Below are positions 25,001 through 37,992 of a stretch of 64,000 bases of DNA, one piece after another (position 1 is the first letter of the stretch; each line of letters begins with the position of its first letter). This DNA is from Paraspadella gotoi (lineage: Eukaryota; Animalia; Chaetognatha): NCBI GenBank assembly GCA_051294375.1, contig CM119268.1, positions 19,120,323 through 19,184,322 of the forward strand, written 5' to 3'. The notes below the pieces were generated by a model, which was given only the letters and a program-made list of their open reading frames with translations, searched no databases and was not told the origin of the DNA. A program made the translations under genes and the position numbers.

Positions 25001-28000
25001 TCTCTCTCTCGTATCAAAAATATTGCCAATATGACTGTCGAATATCATCTCGTTCTATCCAAATCGCTGCTCGCTCTCGCTCGGTCTGGGGCCGAATTTT
25101 TTATCATTTGGATTCGTCTATCCCTTCTTTTGCCAATCCCTCTATCACCCACAAAACATTGCAAATAATATCCGTTCTTGGGTGGGTGACATCTGTATCA
25201 TCCGCATTGTAATCTCTCCTGGCTCAACTTACACTCATTGGACACGATTCTTTTCGTCTACCATCCATACTTCCCACCTGCAAATTCAGTCTTAGTTTTG
25301 TTAGCACAGTGGCTGGAGCTCGTCCGCGATGGCGTCTGGTCCTTTTGCTGACATGACGCCTGTTTTCTGCACGAGCGGCGGTATACATAGAAAAAAAGAG
25401 TGTGTATAAGAAAAAACAGAGCTCCAGCGCGTTTGAGAATAGAGAAGTACATACACAAACACAACGCACAAATCGTGTGAAAAATACGGCAAGGCTCGCA
25501 GGCAGACACTGTCCACTCTGGCCGCGTTACTTTTTGATCACCATAAACATAGATTACAAATATTATTATATATAACTCACAAAGATATTTTTTAATACGA
25601 ATTAACAAAAAAAATGAAATATATATGAAGATCCATTAGTATTTAGCCCGTGAGCTGCTGTTCACTGTTCATTGCCGGTCTACAAGCACGTACTAATTCT
25701 AAAGTCACTCTCACCGGGTGAAAGAATAAGAAGTACCAAATAGGCGCAATGATCGTGTAAGACTCCTTCTCAGATATCTCATGAGACTGAAACAACCGTG
25801 GAAATGTCATCACTCCGTACCGGTCGTTTGTAAAGACACGCACTATGCATATATGGTAAATGGGCGGATAACAACTTATTAGACCTATTAAAACCCTCTG
25901 TCTCAGTAAAAAAACTAATAATGAAAAACATAAAAAACTAAACTCTCTCCTTCCTCATTTGGTTTTAGTCGAGAGAAATAAGTTGGCTTTATACGTTGGT
26001 GATTCTCACTATCGATCTATAATGGAGCACGCACTAGTCAGAGCTTCACGAATAGAAAAACGCAAAAATATCCTTACATCCGCATTAACGTGGGATAATT
26101 AAATTTACTGACTAATCTAGTTAGTAATCTAACGACACTTTTTCTAAATTGTCACCACCTTAAAACATAATACATTAAAATATATGCGGGGTTAAAACAG
26201 TAATCATTGAAAAAACGTACACCAAAGAATTACTCCGGTACAACCTTTTATGTAATAGTAGACTGTGAGGAGTATAAAAGTATATATTTATTTAAAAGTA
26301 TAATGAAGCATGACAAGTATATATGGAGAGAATCTTTTGTTGTAGATAACGCACAATAGAAAACAGAGAGAAAACAGAGAGAGAGCGTTGTGGTTCTCAT
26401 TAGAGAAAAGTGAGACAATGGGCTGTAGCAGTCTGACACTGACTGTCACCGTGATTGTAGGAAATTATCTTTGTTTCTTGATCACTACTGACTTCTTGAT
26501 AGTCAAGTGCGCAGATAGTCACTTGTTTTGCTCGTGTGGTATTTTTTGTATTTATAGGGAACATATCTGTTCCTGGTTTGGATATCGCTGCACACGGATC
26601 GAGATGAACCTTTTCTCTATGGGTGCAGTCGTTTGGCTGTTCTTCGATATTGAGAAGATTTACGAGCAATTCCCTTTTGCACACAGAATACGACTCGCCT
26701 TTTCTCGTGTTGCTAATGTGACTACTTTTTACTTATATTGTATTTCTCTTCTCGTCGTCTTATTATTTCCCTCAGAATTTTGGATAATTCCTGTGTATTA
26801 TCACCCCCTTCAAAAAAGTCCTAAGCACGATTGCTGCGAGTGAGCATATAGTGAAACAAGAATGTGTTCTAGCCTATACGGAGGATAGGTGTAAAGAGTA
26901 CCCTCTCGAGATAAAAATATTGTTTTATATTGATAGTATATTGTGAGCCTCTATGGGTGGTGGTTTTTCTTTCATATACATTATTCAATATAAGTATGTG
27001 CGATCGCTCGAGGCTCTTCAGTCAATCTGAGTTTAATTTCGAGTCTTTGAACCATGTTATCTAGATCGAACACGCGAAGAAAGAGAGTCTTTGTCCAAGT
27101 CTCTTTAGTCGCCTTTATCAACCGGGACATGCAAGCACGGTTTTGTCCTTGTCTGGTAATACGCTATTGGTATCTGAGGTGTCAATTCTCTAGGTCATCC
27201 GTTTCGTTATATGCCTCGTGCGCGGTAAGGATGTTGGTGTATAAGGACAATTTGAGCAATGAGATCGCCTCTTTTATATCGGACATGGGTTACTAGAGCA
27301 ACAAATTCTGGCGATATTTATCCATTCGTCGCGAAGGAGATCTCCAGTTTATTCGACATAAGTCTTTAATCTGAATTTCTCTTTGGTCTTATTATTTATC
27401 AGGTGTTCGTAAAAGAAATTACATACTGATTTAGAACAAATTCAGATATTTCGAATCACCTCCTGGTTATTTCTTGAGGACAAAGAGATTATTGAAAAAA
27501 CTTAGAATTGCGAGAGAGAAGGAGAGGAGGAGAGACATTGTCAGAGAATTCTGTTATCATCGCTTCTTACGCGAGATTTATGCGATCATTGGAGAGGGTT
27601 CTTAAGAGACCACATCGAGACATATATTGGATATATATAAATTAAAATGTACAGTGAGAACTTATTACACAAATGCGGAGATAAGAGCAGAGAGATTATC
27701 GCTACGACGAGAGGGGGTGAGTGGATTTAGCCGAGAGAATTGCGTACCATGATATTTACCTTATCTTATAAATGGAAATAAAAAATCCGAGTGTAAATAA
27801 ATATGAGTCATTAACCTGCCGAGGAGAAGTTAATATTGTATCGTCAATCGGAAGCAAGTCCAGTATAAGCTTTGCCTCACGGGTCGGCTATTCGTGCTTT
27901 TGACGTGCTTCTCTTTAAAATGTGGTAACGTGAAACATTTTAATTCTGATCTTGACTGTCTGTACTCTCAATGCCGGTCTTATATCAACTGTGTGGTTTG

Positions 28001-28499
28001 TCGCATATTTCGTTCTGCATAGGCCGATAAGATTGATTTAGAAGAGACGATAACTGGAATGCAGAATGAATCGGAGATTTGAATTTACGATTGACGCTCA
28101 GAGACGCTCCCCAACCAAAGAGTAGTTATCAGGGCAATTTGACGCTAATTTTTGAACCGGATCCCGTTGAAAGTTCATCGTGGCGTAACATTGGATTCGA
28201 CGCTGCGGCAAAAAAAACAACAGAAGAGAAAGGAAAGATGGCCCAATATGGCGACCGTCCAACTGAAAGTCCACATGATCTCCACCCCTGCAGCGGCTAA
28301 ATCCGAAAAAGCGAATGACGAACCCAGTCCACGAGAGAGCCACATTGAAGACAGTCAAGCAATGAGATTAATTAGTAAGCGACTTGCAGGTTTTGTGATA
28401 AACCTACAAATCAATATAGAAATTTAATTAATTACACATTTAAATTTTTAATTTCGTTTATTTTATTATATCGTTGGATGGATAACCATTTCCTTTAGA

Positions 28500-31400
28500 A
28501 AACTCACAACAAAATATTAGCTATAAACATTACTGCAATATTTTAAAACTCGCCTGAGATATAAATACAGTTTCGTTTGCGATTCGAAGCGTTCACGGTG
28601 GGGTAAGCTCCTTAGCCCAATTTTCTTTGGGTTTTCTTTTCCAATTAAATTAAGAATGAAGACGTACTGAAAAATTTTGACCAAAAATGCCCAAGTTTTA
28701 ACGTCGAAAAATTCCCTGAGCAACTTAAAATCTCCTCAAATACTGTGTTTGAAATTGCAAAGAATAACTTCTCTGTGGTTGTCAAGTGCCGTTTTTAAAC
28801 GGTCCAAATTTTGGTCAAGCTTTTCAAAATAACTGAGATTAAATCGTTCTTCGTAAAACTTGAGGTTTTTGTTAAAAAATTATATCTCGCTCACCTTTTT
28901 TACATTTTCATGCCCACAGACGACTACCTCTAATTCATCTGCTGTGAGCGAAGACTTTTAGTTGGTCAAATTTCTAAATGTTTCTTTTCTCAATCAAGTG
29001 TTTCTAAAGTGGTAGCATTTCATTTTCCCGGAAACGATTTGTCATTCTTAACGATGTCCTGTAGTTTTTGTATCTCCGGGATCGACTTTTTAGACTCTCT
29101 TACTATCACTTTCATCGGAATCAATATCGATTTCGTGTTTCACACACGAAGAGCTCTTGCGGCCCCTTTGGTCCTTGTAAAAATGCAAAGGTGCTAAGGC
29201 AGGTCGACCAGGACCGATTGTGGGCGAGTGAGCCTGAACTCCTGTGAGCTAAAGACCAGCGTGTAATTAGGTCGAGCGATTTAAGAACTGGGAGATAATT
29301 GTTCAACTGACGTGAGTACGATTCCATTATATACTCCTGTGTCTCGGAGTTTAGTAGGGATTCTGAAATGGACGATCTGGAATTGCTTGAGAAATGTTAC
29401 ACAATTGTCCGAAAATATCTTTCAACTCTTTGTTATCTCCGTGCTTGGGGAAAAGCAGTCCACTCCTCGTGAAATATTTCCGAAATTAATGGACCTCTTT
29501 TTAGAATTTATGAAGGGCTTTGAATAGAAAACATGCAGACACGTTACCATGTCCGGATTATCTGTTTTTGTGTATGGCAAAATTAATTAAAACAAGTTTT
29601 AAAATCTCGTGCCTAATTTTTTGGTAATTTCTCTAAAGCACCAGAGATTCTTGAAAGGTTTTTTTAAAAAAGCTGATATCGTCCTGTCTGATGTTAAGTA
29701 TGTCTTGACCGCAGTCTTCTTTGTTCCATTTTTAAATTTATCAAATGTTTTAAAAACAAACGCCTATGAAATGTAACGCAGATTTATATTGCTGAGACAG
29801 GAAAGGCATAACAAATTTTCCATTGAGAACGAGTAAAAAATATAACAACTATATGCAAAAATGGTTATATCGATAATGGGAAAAAGACACTCGAAAAATC
29901 AAGCTCGACATCCCTATAAAGATCTAACATTTTGATTCAGCTTGTCCTTTGTTTATGAAAACAAAAATTCAAGGTTTATCGATATTTAATTATTAAACAT
30001 TTTAGAAAATAATATATAACAATTGTGGGTATATATACCCGTAAGTCGTACAATAAGGGAAAATAGCGACAATGGACCCTAGATAAATATAAAAACCACA
30101 TAAGGTCATCAAATAAGGGAATATCGACCATGGACTAATAATAAAAAAAAATAAAACACGCCTGATAAAAAGGCATAGACATGGGCTAATCGTGTAATAA
30201 AGTCAAAAGACGACCAAAACTGACGAGATACTGGGCTTCTTCGGATATAAACTCTTCGCCTCGGATTTAATTATGGCAACTCTGCAATAGACAGCAGACC
30301 TGAGTTTTGACAACGTCGGTCAATCATAATAGGAAAACTTTTTCCATAATTTTCCCATTTGTGTAACCTTGGAATCCCTTGTACGCAATTGCGAATGTGT
30401 CCTGACATGGTTGATGGAACCATTTCAAAGTTACAGCCCCTACAGACGATCGTTCTCCTCTCAATCTGAAAGGAGGTCGTCCTCCTTCAGATGTTTAATA
30501 AGTTGACTCTCAAGTCTTGTGCCACAATTATAGACGGAGCAAATAACGCATGCAATTTTGTGCCCAGGGTGATCTTCAAAAAGATGTGACACATAATACC
30601 CCCCTGCAGTTATCAAATGACGCGGGAATTGGACTCGCAAAAGGGGCAGTAATAAAGAATTGAGCGCCGTCTCCCTGCAGGGAGATGCGCCTCATATTCC
30701 ATTTAAACATTTCCCGAAAATATGTGCCTGCGTGATTTTTTACTAAAGTGTCCTAATAAAGGCCACGTCTTCTAAGTCGGAGTCGAGTGCGACAATGTGT
30801 CTTTGCAGTGGTTGTGGTTGCAATGAAAGCGCTGAATCTTGTATCATCAACGTTTTCCATTATCCTGTGACCTAATGCGGGGGGATGAGTTTTTTTTTGC
30901 CTACGAGAACAAGTGTTTTTGCGAGGTGAATTGCTAGGTTATGGGACCTTCATCTTAAAGTTGTAATCCTGAGGCCAATAAACATATCCTTTTTAGCAGT
31001 TTGCATGGTCCCGAACGTCGGATTCCCTAGATCAAACGGCCGAAACCAAACTGGCTACAGTTTTGTATTTTTTTTTCCCTTTTAATGCTAGGTTTGGCCG
31101 GATCCTCTACGCTGTAGTGGGAGTCCAGCCTTGCCACAACACCCGCGAGGGGCTTCTACCGTAAGTACCCATCAAATGCTGTTGCGAAAACCGAGTTTAG
31201 CCTGGTCATCCTCGACAAATTAACTTGTTGTATTTGGCGAATCTATTCGACGTCCACGTGGCCCTCGACTGGGAGTGCGCGTCGAATACTGTCGCAAAAC
31301 CCGGGTTCGGCCGCCTGATTCGTCGATGAATTGACTCTTGTAATTGGCGAATCTGTTAAGTGGGAAATATAAACAAAATTTAATGCAAACATTTAATAAA

Positions 31401-32800
31401 AAAAATATTTATTTTTAAAAATAAAGTTTAGAATAAACTTTTTGTGGCCTCGGCTTAGCCCCACTTGCATCATTTGTTTAAAAGTGACTCTTTCTGGATC
31501 TCAATTTATGCATATAAGGCCTGGTATGTGAAATTAGACAGATTATTGAAAATTAGTTTGTAAATTTATTTTCGTTCAGCGAATATATTTTCATTTTTTC
31601 TTTTCAATTTAAAAAAAAATACATATAAGTTTTGGTTTACTACCATTCTCGAAAATAAACAAGATGGCATTTAATAAGACATAGATTTTTATCACAAAAA
31701 AATTGTTTCGAAGTGTGAACCGAAATTATTAAAAATTTTTTTTTGTATTGTGAGAAACGGAATAACAACGAATTTCATGATACATTTACAAAAACAAAAA
31801 CAACAAAGAAAACAAAAAAAAACATCACAAATGATAAATGAAATAGACACTGACCTGACAAACTCGCCTTTGTAGGGCTCTTCAACTGATGGTCACTGTT
31901 ATTACTGGCTCAGCGCGCCTGCGTCGTCCAAACCATGAATTTCTATCAAACTGGTGATTTATCGGGACCAAGGTATTGGTTTGTTTGATTTCAAAACCGT
32001 GCTAGTAATTGGCCTCTCGTCGGTGTAAAAAGCTGGACACTGGATGCATTTGTTGTCAGACCTCTCGACGTTTTCCAGGAGCTAATCGCAGTCATTAATG
32101 AACACCGACAATGCTTCGACACTATCTTGTTCTTTGGGTTACCGTGAATTTTTTTTTATTTTGTCGGGGTCACTGTGACGCTTGATTATGGGATCGCGTT
32201 GCCAATTGGCCGGGTTTATCTGGAAGTGGAATGGTACTCTAATTAAGATTCATGAAGGGGCGATTTCGGGAGGTTGGGCTAAGTTTAAAATTCGCACATT
32301 CGGTTCTTTTTCCTTGCGCATAGGAATCGCTTGCGTTTGCATTTCGTGGATGTGGGATGGGGGGAAGTTGGACGGGGGGGGTAAACAATTTTTAACTATT
32401 TTTTTTTTTTGGAGAAGGCGTTGACACGCAAAGGCGGCAGTTGATTTGGTTGAAATTTTATTTGGAGGAGTTGGCGTTTTCGCGAAAAATATTACTCTCT
32501 TCCACTTGTTCTGGGCAGAGAAAATGCATGGGTTTTTCTATAAGCAAACTCGTTGTCGTGGGGCATTTGACAAAAAAAGATCCCGTTTCACCGAGGCTTG
32601 TTTCTTGCTGCCGTTCTCCTTTTTCGTTTGGGTTTTCGTTGCCCGATCTCCTTGTTTTTTCTTGTCGGCTTCGAGTGACGTTGATGGCGAATCTTCTCGG
32701 TGGAATCCCTTGGAACGGCCTTGGGTTGGAACGGTTGACAGTTTCTCCTCGTTCAATTTAATTGGTTTAACGTTTACGTCCTATCTTTCTCTCTTTCTCT
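28500..32800 (-). pseudogene. Heavily disrupted multi-exon coding sequence with RNF114/RNF166-type zinc fingers (about 30380-30660)
   Basis: Joining frames gives YYCPFCES...YVSHLFEDHPGHKIACVICSVYNCGTRLESQLIKHL (Di19-like) and IVCRGCNFEMVPSTMSGHIRNC (C-x2-C-x11-H-x3-C). There are many stops and frameshifts, and splice-like sites near 31855, 31352, 29762 and 28507. Confidence 0.5.
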
Positions 32801-33910
32801 CTATATCTCGTATGTTCTCAGCGGAAAAGATAAAAGGAAGGATAAAATTGAAAAGCTTAAAAAAACTTTAAAAAAGGAAGAAAAAATTCGTTGTGGAAAA
32901 AAAAAATTTAACATTTCCGAAGATCTTAAAAACTGAAGATATTTCTTGTGCCTTTCGCATCTATTCGCTTACAACAGCTTAAAAAAATGAAAACGGCCAA
33001 AAATGAAACAAAGTCGTTTTAATCATTTAAATCAACGAATATTTCTTATTTTATTTTCATTTGCTTCTTGGGTGTGAAATGTTTACATCTTTTTTGTTTA
33101 AAATTCTTCGGAATCTTGAGCGACGGGATTTCGGTGGGAGGGATTTTTCTTTTCTCAGCTTTCGTTGTTGTTGTTGTTGTTGTCGTTGTCATTAAGGTTT
33201 GTCTCTGTAAGTAGAAATTTATGTTTTCCCCTTGACTTTGGAACGAAGTCGAAAAAAAAAGAAACAAAGCAACCAATCAAATCATCCAATAACCAATCAA
33301 CTAAACCAACCAATACAGTAGAGTCGACCACTAAGACTTTAGGTCGGCGACGTCGATAAACTAAAGAATTTAAAAAATCAAACGAATTGAAAAAATAAAA
33401 ATTAAATTCCTGAAGAAACAAAATAGTCAATATAAAGAAAAATGTTTTCAAAACGAATATGAATTCTTGCGAAAATGTATTTTTTTATTCGTTCTCGTGG
33501 GTCAAAACTGTAGATCTATACAGCTATATTATATATGTCCGTATATCTCTAAAAATATCTATAAATCTGTATAAATCTAATTGTGAAATCAAATCTCAAT
33601 TAAAGAAATAAATTAACGTCAGGTGACTAAAAAAATGTGGGAATGAAATTGAATCATTTAATTCTTTGCCGAAGTATTTTTTTTCTTTTGGCTAAAACTC
33701 AAATCCTCATTTTCCATCGATTCTAATCGGAGAAAATTAGGCCTCTTTTCGGCCTTTTAGGCCTTTTGTGGGGCCTTTCTACGGCCCCTTTTGCAGGCCT
33801 CTTTCATGTGTTTCACTTCCTGTCGAGAAAGTTTCTTTTTTTTACTCTGGTTTCTTATGTAATAAATTAAAAAAGCATTGATCAAATACTTCGCCCGTAG
33901 AGGCGAAGTT

Positions 33911-34015
<105 letters not shown>

Positions 34016-35406
34016 CTATCCGGAGCGGCCGCACAGCTTTTGGACGGAAGAGAAAAAAAGTTTAAAAAAAAAATTAAGTTTGAGAATAAAATAAAAAGAA
34101 AACATGAAAAAGGTGGAAAAGGCCCGGTTCTTTACTACTGACATTTAAACAAAAGATTATTTAGCAAAGAGATAAACGTGTCTGTCTTCTTTCTTGCCTT
34201 CCCACTATCCCAGGTGAAAAACAGTAAACAATATTCGTTCAATTCATAGAATACTTTACCAAACCTGATAATGCCTTACCTGGATAAAAGTTATTAACAA
34301 AATCTGATTTTAAAATGCATAGTAATATGCAAAAACTAGATTCGTTTATTATTTCTATTAATCTATCTTTTTCTAATTGTCACCAAGGCCAAAATTCCGC
34401 TTTTTAATGTAAAAAGTACTTTTTTTTATAATTTTTTGACTTTGATCTTTTTTTTACATTAAAATCTCCGGCTGAGTCATCGATGGATAATCTTTTTTTT
34501 CCATACAGCAGAATTTTTTGTGGGATTTGAGTCAAGACTTGAGTCACGATAACTTCATCATTTTTCTATCAGATAAACTTGAAGACAATTCTCCTTTGTA
34601 ATTTTTTCATTGTTTTTTCTTTTTCATTTTTAAACTGTGTAAATTTACCGAAAATGCAGAGTTTAGAAGATTGGAAGACCTATTCATAAGATATTCATTA
34701 ATATCGTGTATCTATTTATAAACATATAAAGAGGCACGAAAGAACTTAACCACGACTTTTAGGATCGTCGACCCGTCAGAGTGGAATAATAAAAGCTTTT
34801 TAAAATTCAAAAAATGTGGTATAAACCAGTTTTAATTTAATTTTTTTTTAATTAACTAAAGAAAACAAAGTGATCTTTTTTTAAAATAAGAACTTAGGAG
34901 GAAACTTCATTTATCATTGATTTCAATGAAAAGTTGAGAAAAAAAATTGGAAATAAAAAATAAAAGTCAAAAGTCAAAAAGTTGACAACGAAAACGAAAA
35001 TTAGGTCAAATATAAAACAGTGACGTTTACTTTAGAATTGGAAAAATAAAACGACAAAAAGTAAAACAAGAGCAGATATCAATCGTGGTCTCTTTTTTGA
35101 TTTCCTATTTCCTTTTTCCTTTTACTTTCTTGCTCCTTCCTCATTTTTTCTTACACTTTACATATTCTCCCTTCCCCTTTCTTTCCTATCTCCAACATTC
35201 TCTAATGACTTCCGTTTCAACACTTTTTTTAATCCCATTCTATCTCCCTAGTAAATTCCTCATTCCAATCACCTCCTCTTCTCGACCCTCTCCCAAATTT
35301 TTAACCCACCTCCTCCCTCTTCCACCCCCTACCCCCCACCTCCTCCCTCTTCCACCCTCCACCTCTTCCCAATTCCACCCTCCACTATCACATCCTTCAC
35401 TTCAGC

Positions 35407-35507
35407 GACTGACGAGAGATTCGAAGAAGAAGGAAGCCGACTTTTTGAAGGATCTCTCCAACTTGGAAGCTCTCGAAGCGAAGGAGACGAGGAGACACGC
35501 AACGTCG

Positions 35508-35538
<31 letters not shown>
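35407..35538 (+). CDS. Possible isolated coding exon running into an N-gap
   Basis: C-rich tract plus CAG, then an open, GC-rich frame RLTRDSKKKEADFLKDLSNLEALEAKETRRHATSP; no homology recognised. Confidence 0.35.
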
Positions 35539-37127
35539 NNNNNNNNNNNNNNNCGTTTTCTTCGTCACGCCTTGGTGGGAGAGAACTTTCTTCCTTTTTT
35601 CTTTTTTTTCTTCTTTCATAATTCTTCTCTATTTTTTTTCTTTACAAATCACGGTTCACTTTAATCCTTTTAGTCACAATCTTTGAATAATTTTTGGAGA
35701 CTGCTTTCATCCGGCGATAATTTACAAGAATCAAGAATTTCCTCATAAAAAAGGGAAATAGTTTTTTTTTGTTCTAAATCCAAAGAAGGAGCGCGATTCG
35801 TTCAATGCGCAACCAAGGTTCGCACGCTGAGCCAAAGCCACTGGTTTTTTACTTCGTGCGTGCGTGAAAATATTTTAAGTCCTGCGACAAACACAAAAGA
35901 ATCTAACTTTAAGAAACTAAAAATTAAATCGTCAAAACTTAGAAACAAACTAGAAAACCTGATCGAACTTAAAAAAAAAAAAAAAAAAAACACGAAAAAT
36001 TTGCAAAATCCGGATCTGGATTACGTTAAAACAAAATCAAATAAATAATGTTAATCTATTCTAAAATTCTCGCAAAACATTTATGAGATTGGTACAACCA
36101 ATATAAAAATTATCCATTCATTTAATAAATAAGCTATCTTGCCCTTGACTTTGGACAGGCTTTGGTGGTTTATTTTGGTGCTCATGACCTATTTTTCATC
36201 AAACCCTTCAATGCCATCTCTTTCCGAGATTCGCATTCAATTTTTTTTTTCTGTTAAATGTCAAAGAAATTCGTTGCTAATTATTTTCCGAACGTTCGAG
36301 GAACGCTGCCACTTAATTACCTGCGGAAAGAAACGAGAAGATATTTTTTTAAGCGTTTAATATCTAATTAGAGATATTTCGTGAAAGGTACACGACGAAC
36401 TTAGTAATTACTTTTAATTTCTATAAATAGAATCCACTAATTCAATAGATATTTCAAGAAAAGAACAATCATTTAAAAGCTAAGACGTAAGGATATTTTG
36501 ATTTTCCCCGTGAAAAAAGATGTACATACGTAAGTTGTACGCTTTAAATAATTTCATATTATTTTCATACTTTCATAATTCACCCATAAAATAACTCGTT
36601 TCACTGAATGTATAAAAGTGAAAAAAAATTTATGATTAAGAAGATAAAAATTATGACGACGTTGATGACGATAAGACAACCGATTAAGTTTCACGCTTTT
36701 GGATACAACTTTTTGTAAAACCAAAAATCTTAAATGACCGGAATGTGATATTAAACGGAAAAAGAAGTAAAATTTATTTTCGTTATAAACATCGATGTGA
36801 ATGAGAGAAATATTTTTGGTCTTCGTCACGCGAAAATCCTTCGTCTTGGAACCGAAAATATCTGAATACAAACAAGAATTTTCTCTGGGTTATATGATCC
36901 GGGTCGCGGCGGCGGGATTCGCCGGCCGAGACTAACAAGAGTATATTTTTTTTGGGAGGGGGGGAGAATACGGCATCAGTATTAGTTCATGGGTCAAATT
37001 GGGTCATTATTTGACTGTAAAAGTCTAATTTTTGAAAAACGATAAGCAATAAAGTTGATGGAACTTTTTTTCTAATAAGCTTGCTTTGCCAAGGAACAAA
37101 ACTGGGAAAAAAATATTTTCACTTAAC

Positions 37128-37189
<62 letters not shown>

Positions 37190-37992
37190 TCATCATCGTC
37201 GTTGTCTATGATCTCATTCCTTCCCTTATATTTTTAGGGTCAACTAGAGCAGAACAAAAGTTCATCTGTTCGCAAACAGACGAACTTAAAAAGAGAAAGA
37301 GAGAAAAAAACTGTTGTGTTCGGCCCAAGGCGATGACAATTAAAGTATTAAATGTTAAAAGAATAAATTCAATATAACTTTATTAAATATATAAGAATAA
37401 ATAGCTCCATCTGATTGGAGTTTTAAATCGGTTTTGTCTCTCCTGATGATTCCAGCGTTCGTTGGAATCGTCCTTGTTTTCGTCATCGTCGTCGTCATTA
37501 TCGTCGTCGTCGTCATTATCGTTGTCGTCGTCGTCGTCATCATTATCGTCGTCGTCGTCATCGTCTTAGTTTAATGCATTGTTCTTGTTAGTCATCTTTC
37601 TTTTTACTACTACTTCTATTACTAATACTAATCCGCTCTTTGTCTCTCTCTCTCTGCATCTCTTCGCTCTCGGCCCTCTGTCACTCTCTCTCTCGTCTCC
37701 TCTCTCTCTCATCTTTTTTTTTTTTTTTTTTTTTTCCACTCAACCCAGACAGTGAAAGAAGCCCAGAGGAAAAAAATCTAAAGAAAAAAAGAAAAAAGAA
37801 ATCCGGAACGACAATGTTCTTTTCAATCTTTTATTTTTTTTTCAAGCACAAACCTAAACTTATTTACAAAAACTTAACCCAAATTTAAACGATATTTAAA
37901 TGAAACATAACGGTCCATTAATTTTTTTCAAACCCGTTCTTGTTTTTACAGATTTTACAGATTAAATGATCCCTTAAAAAAACCCGGATGTG

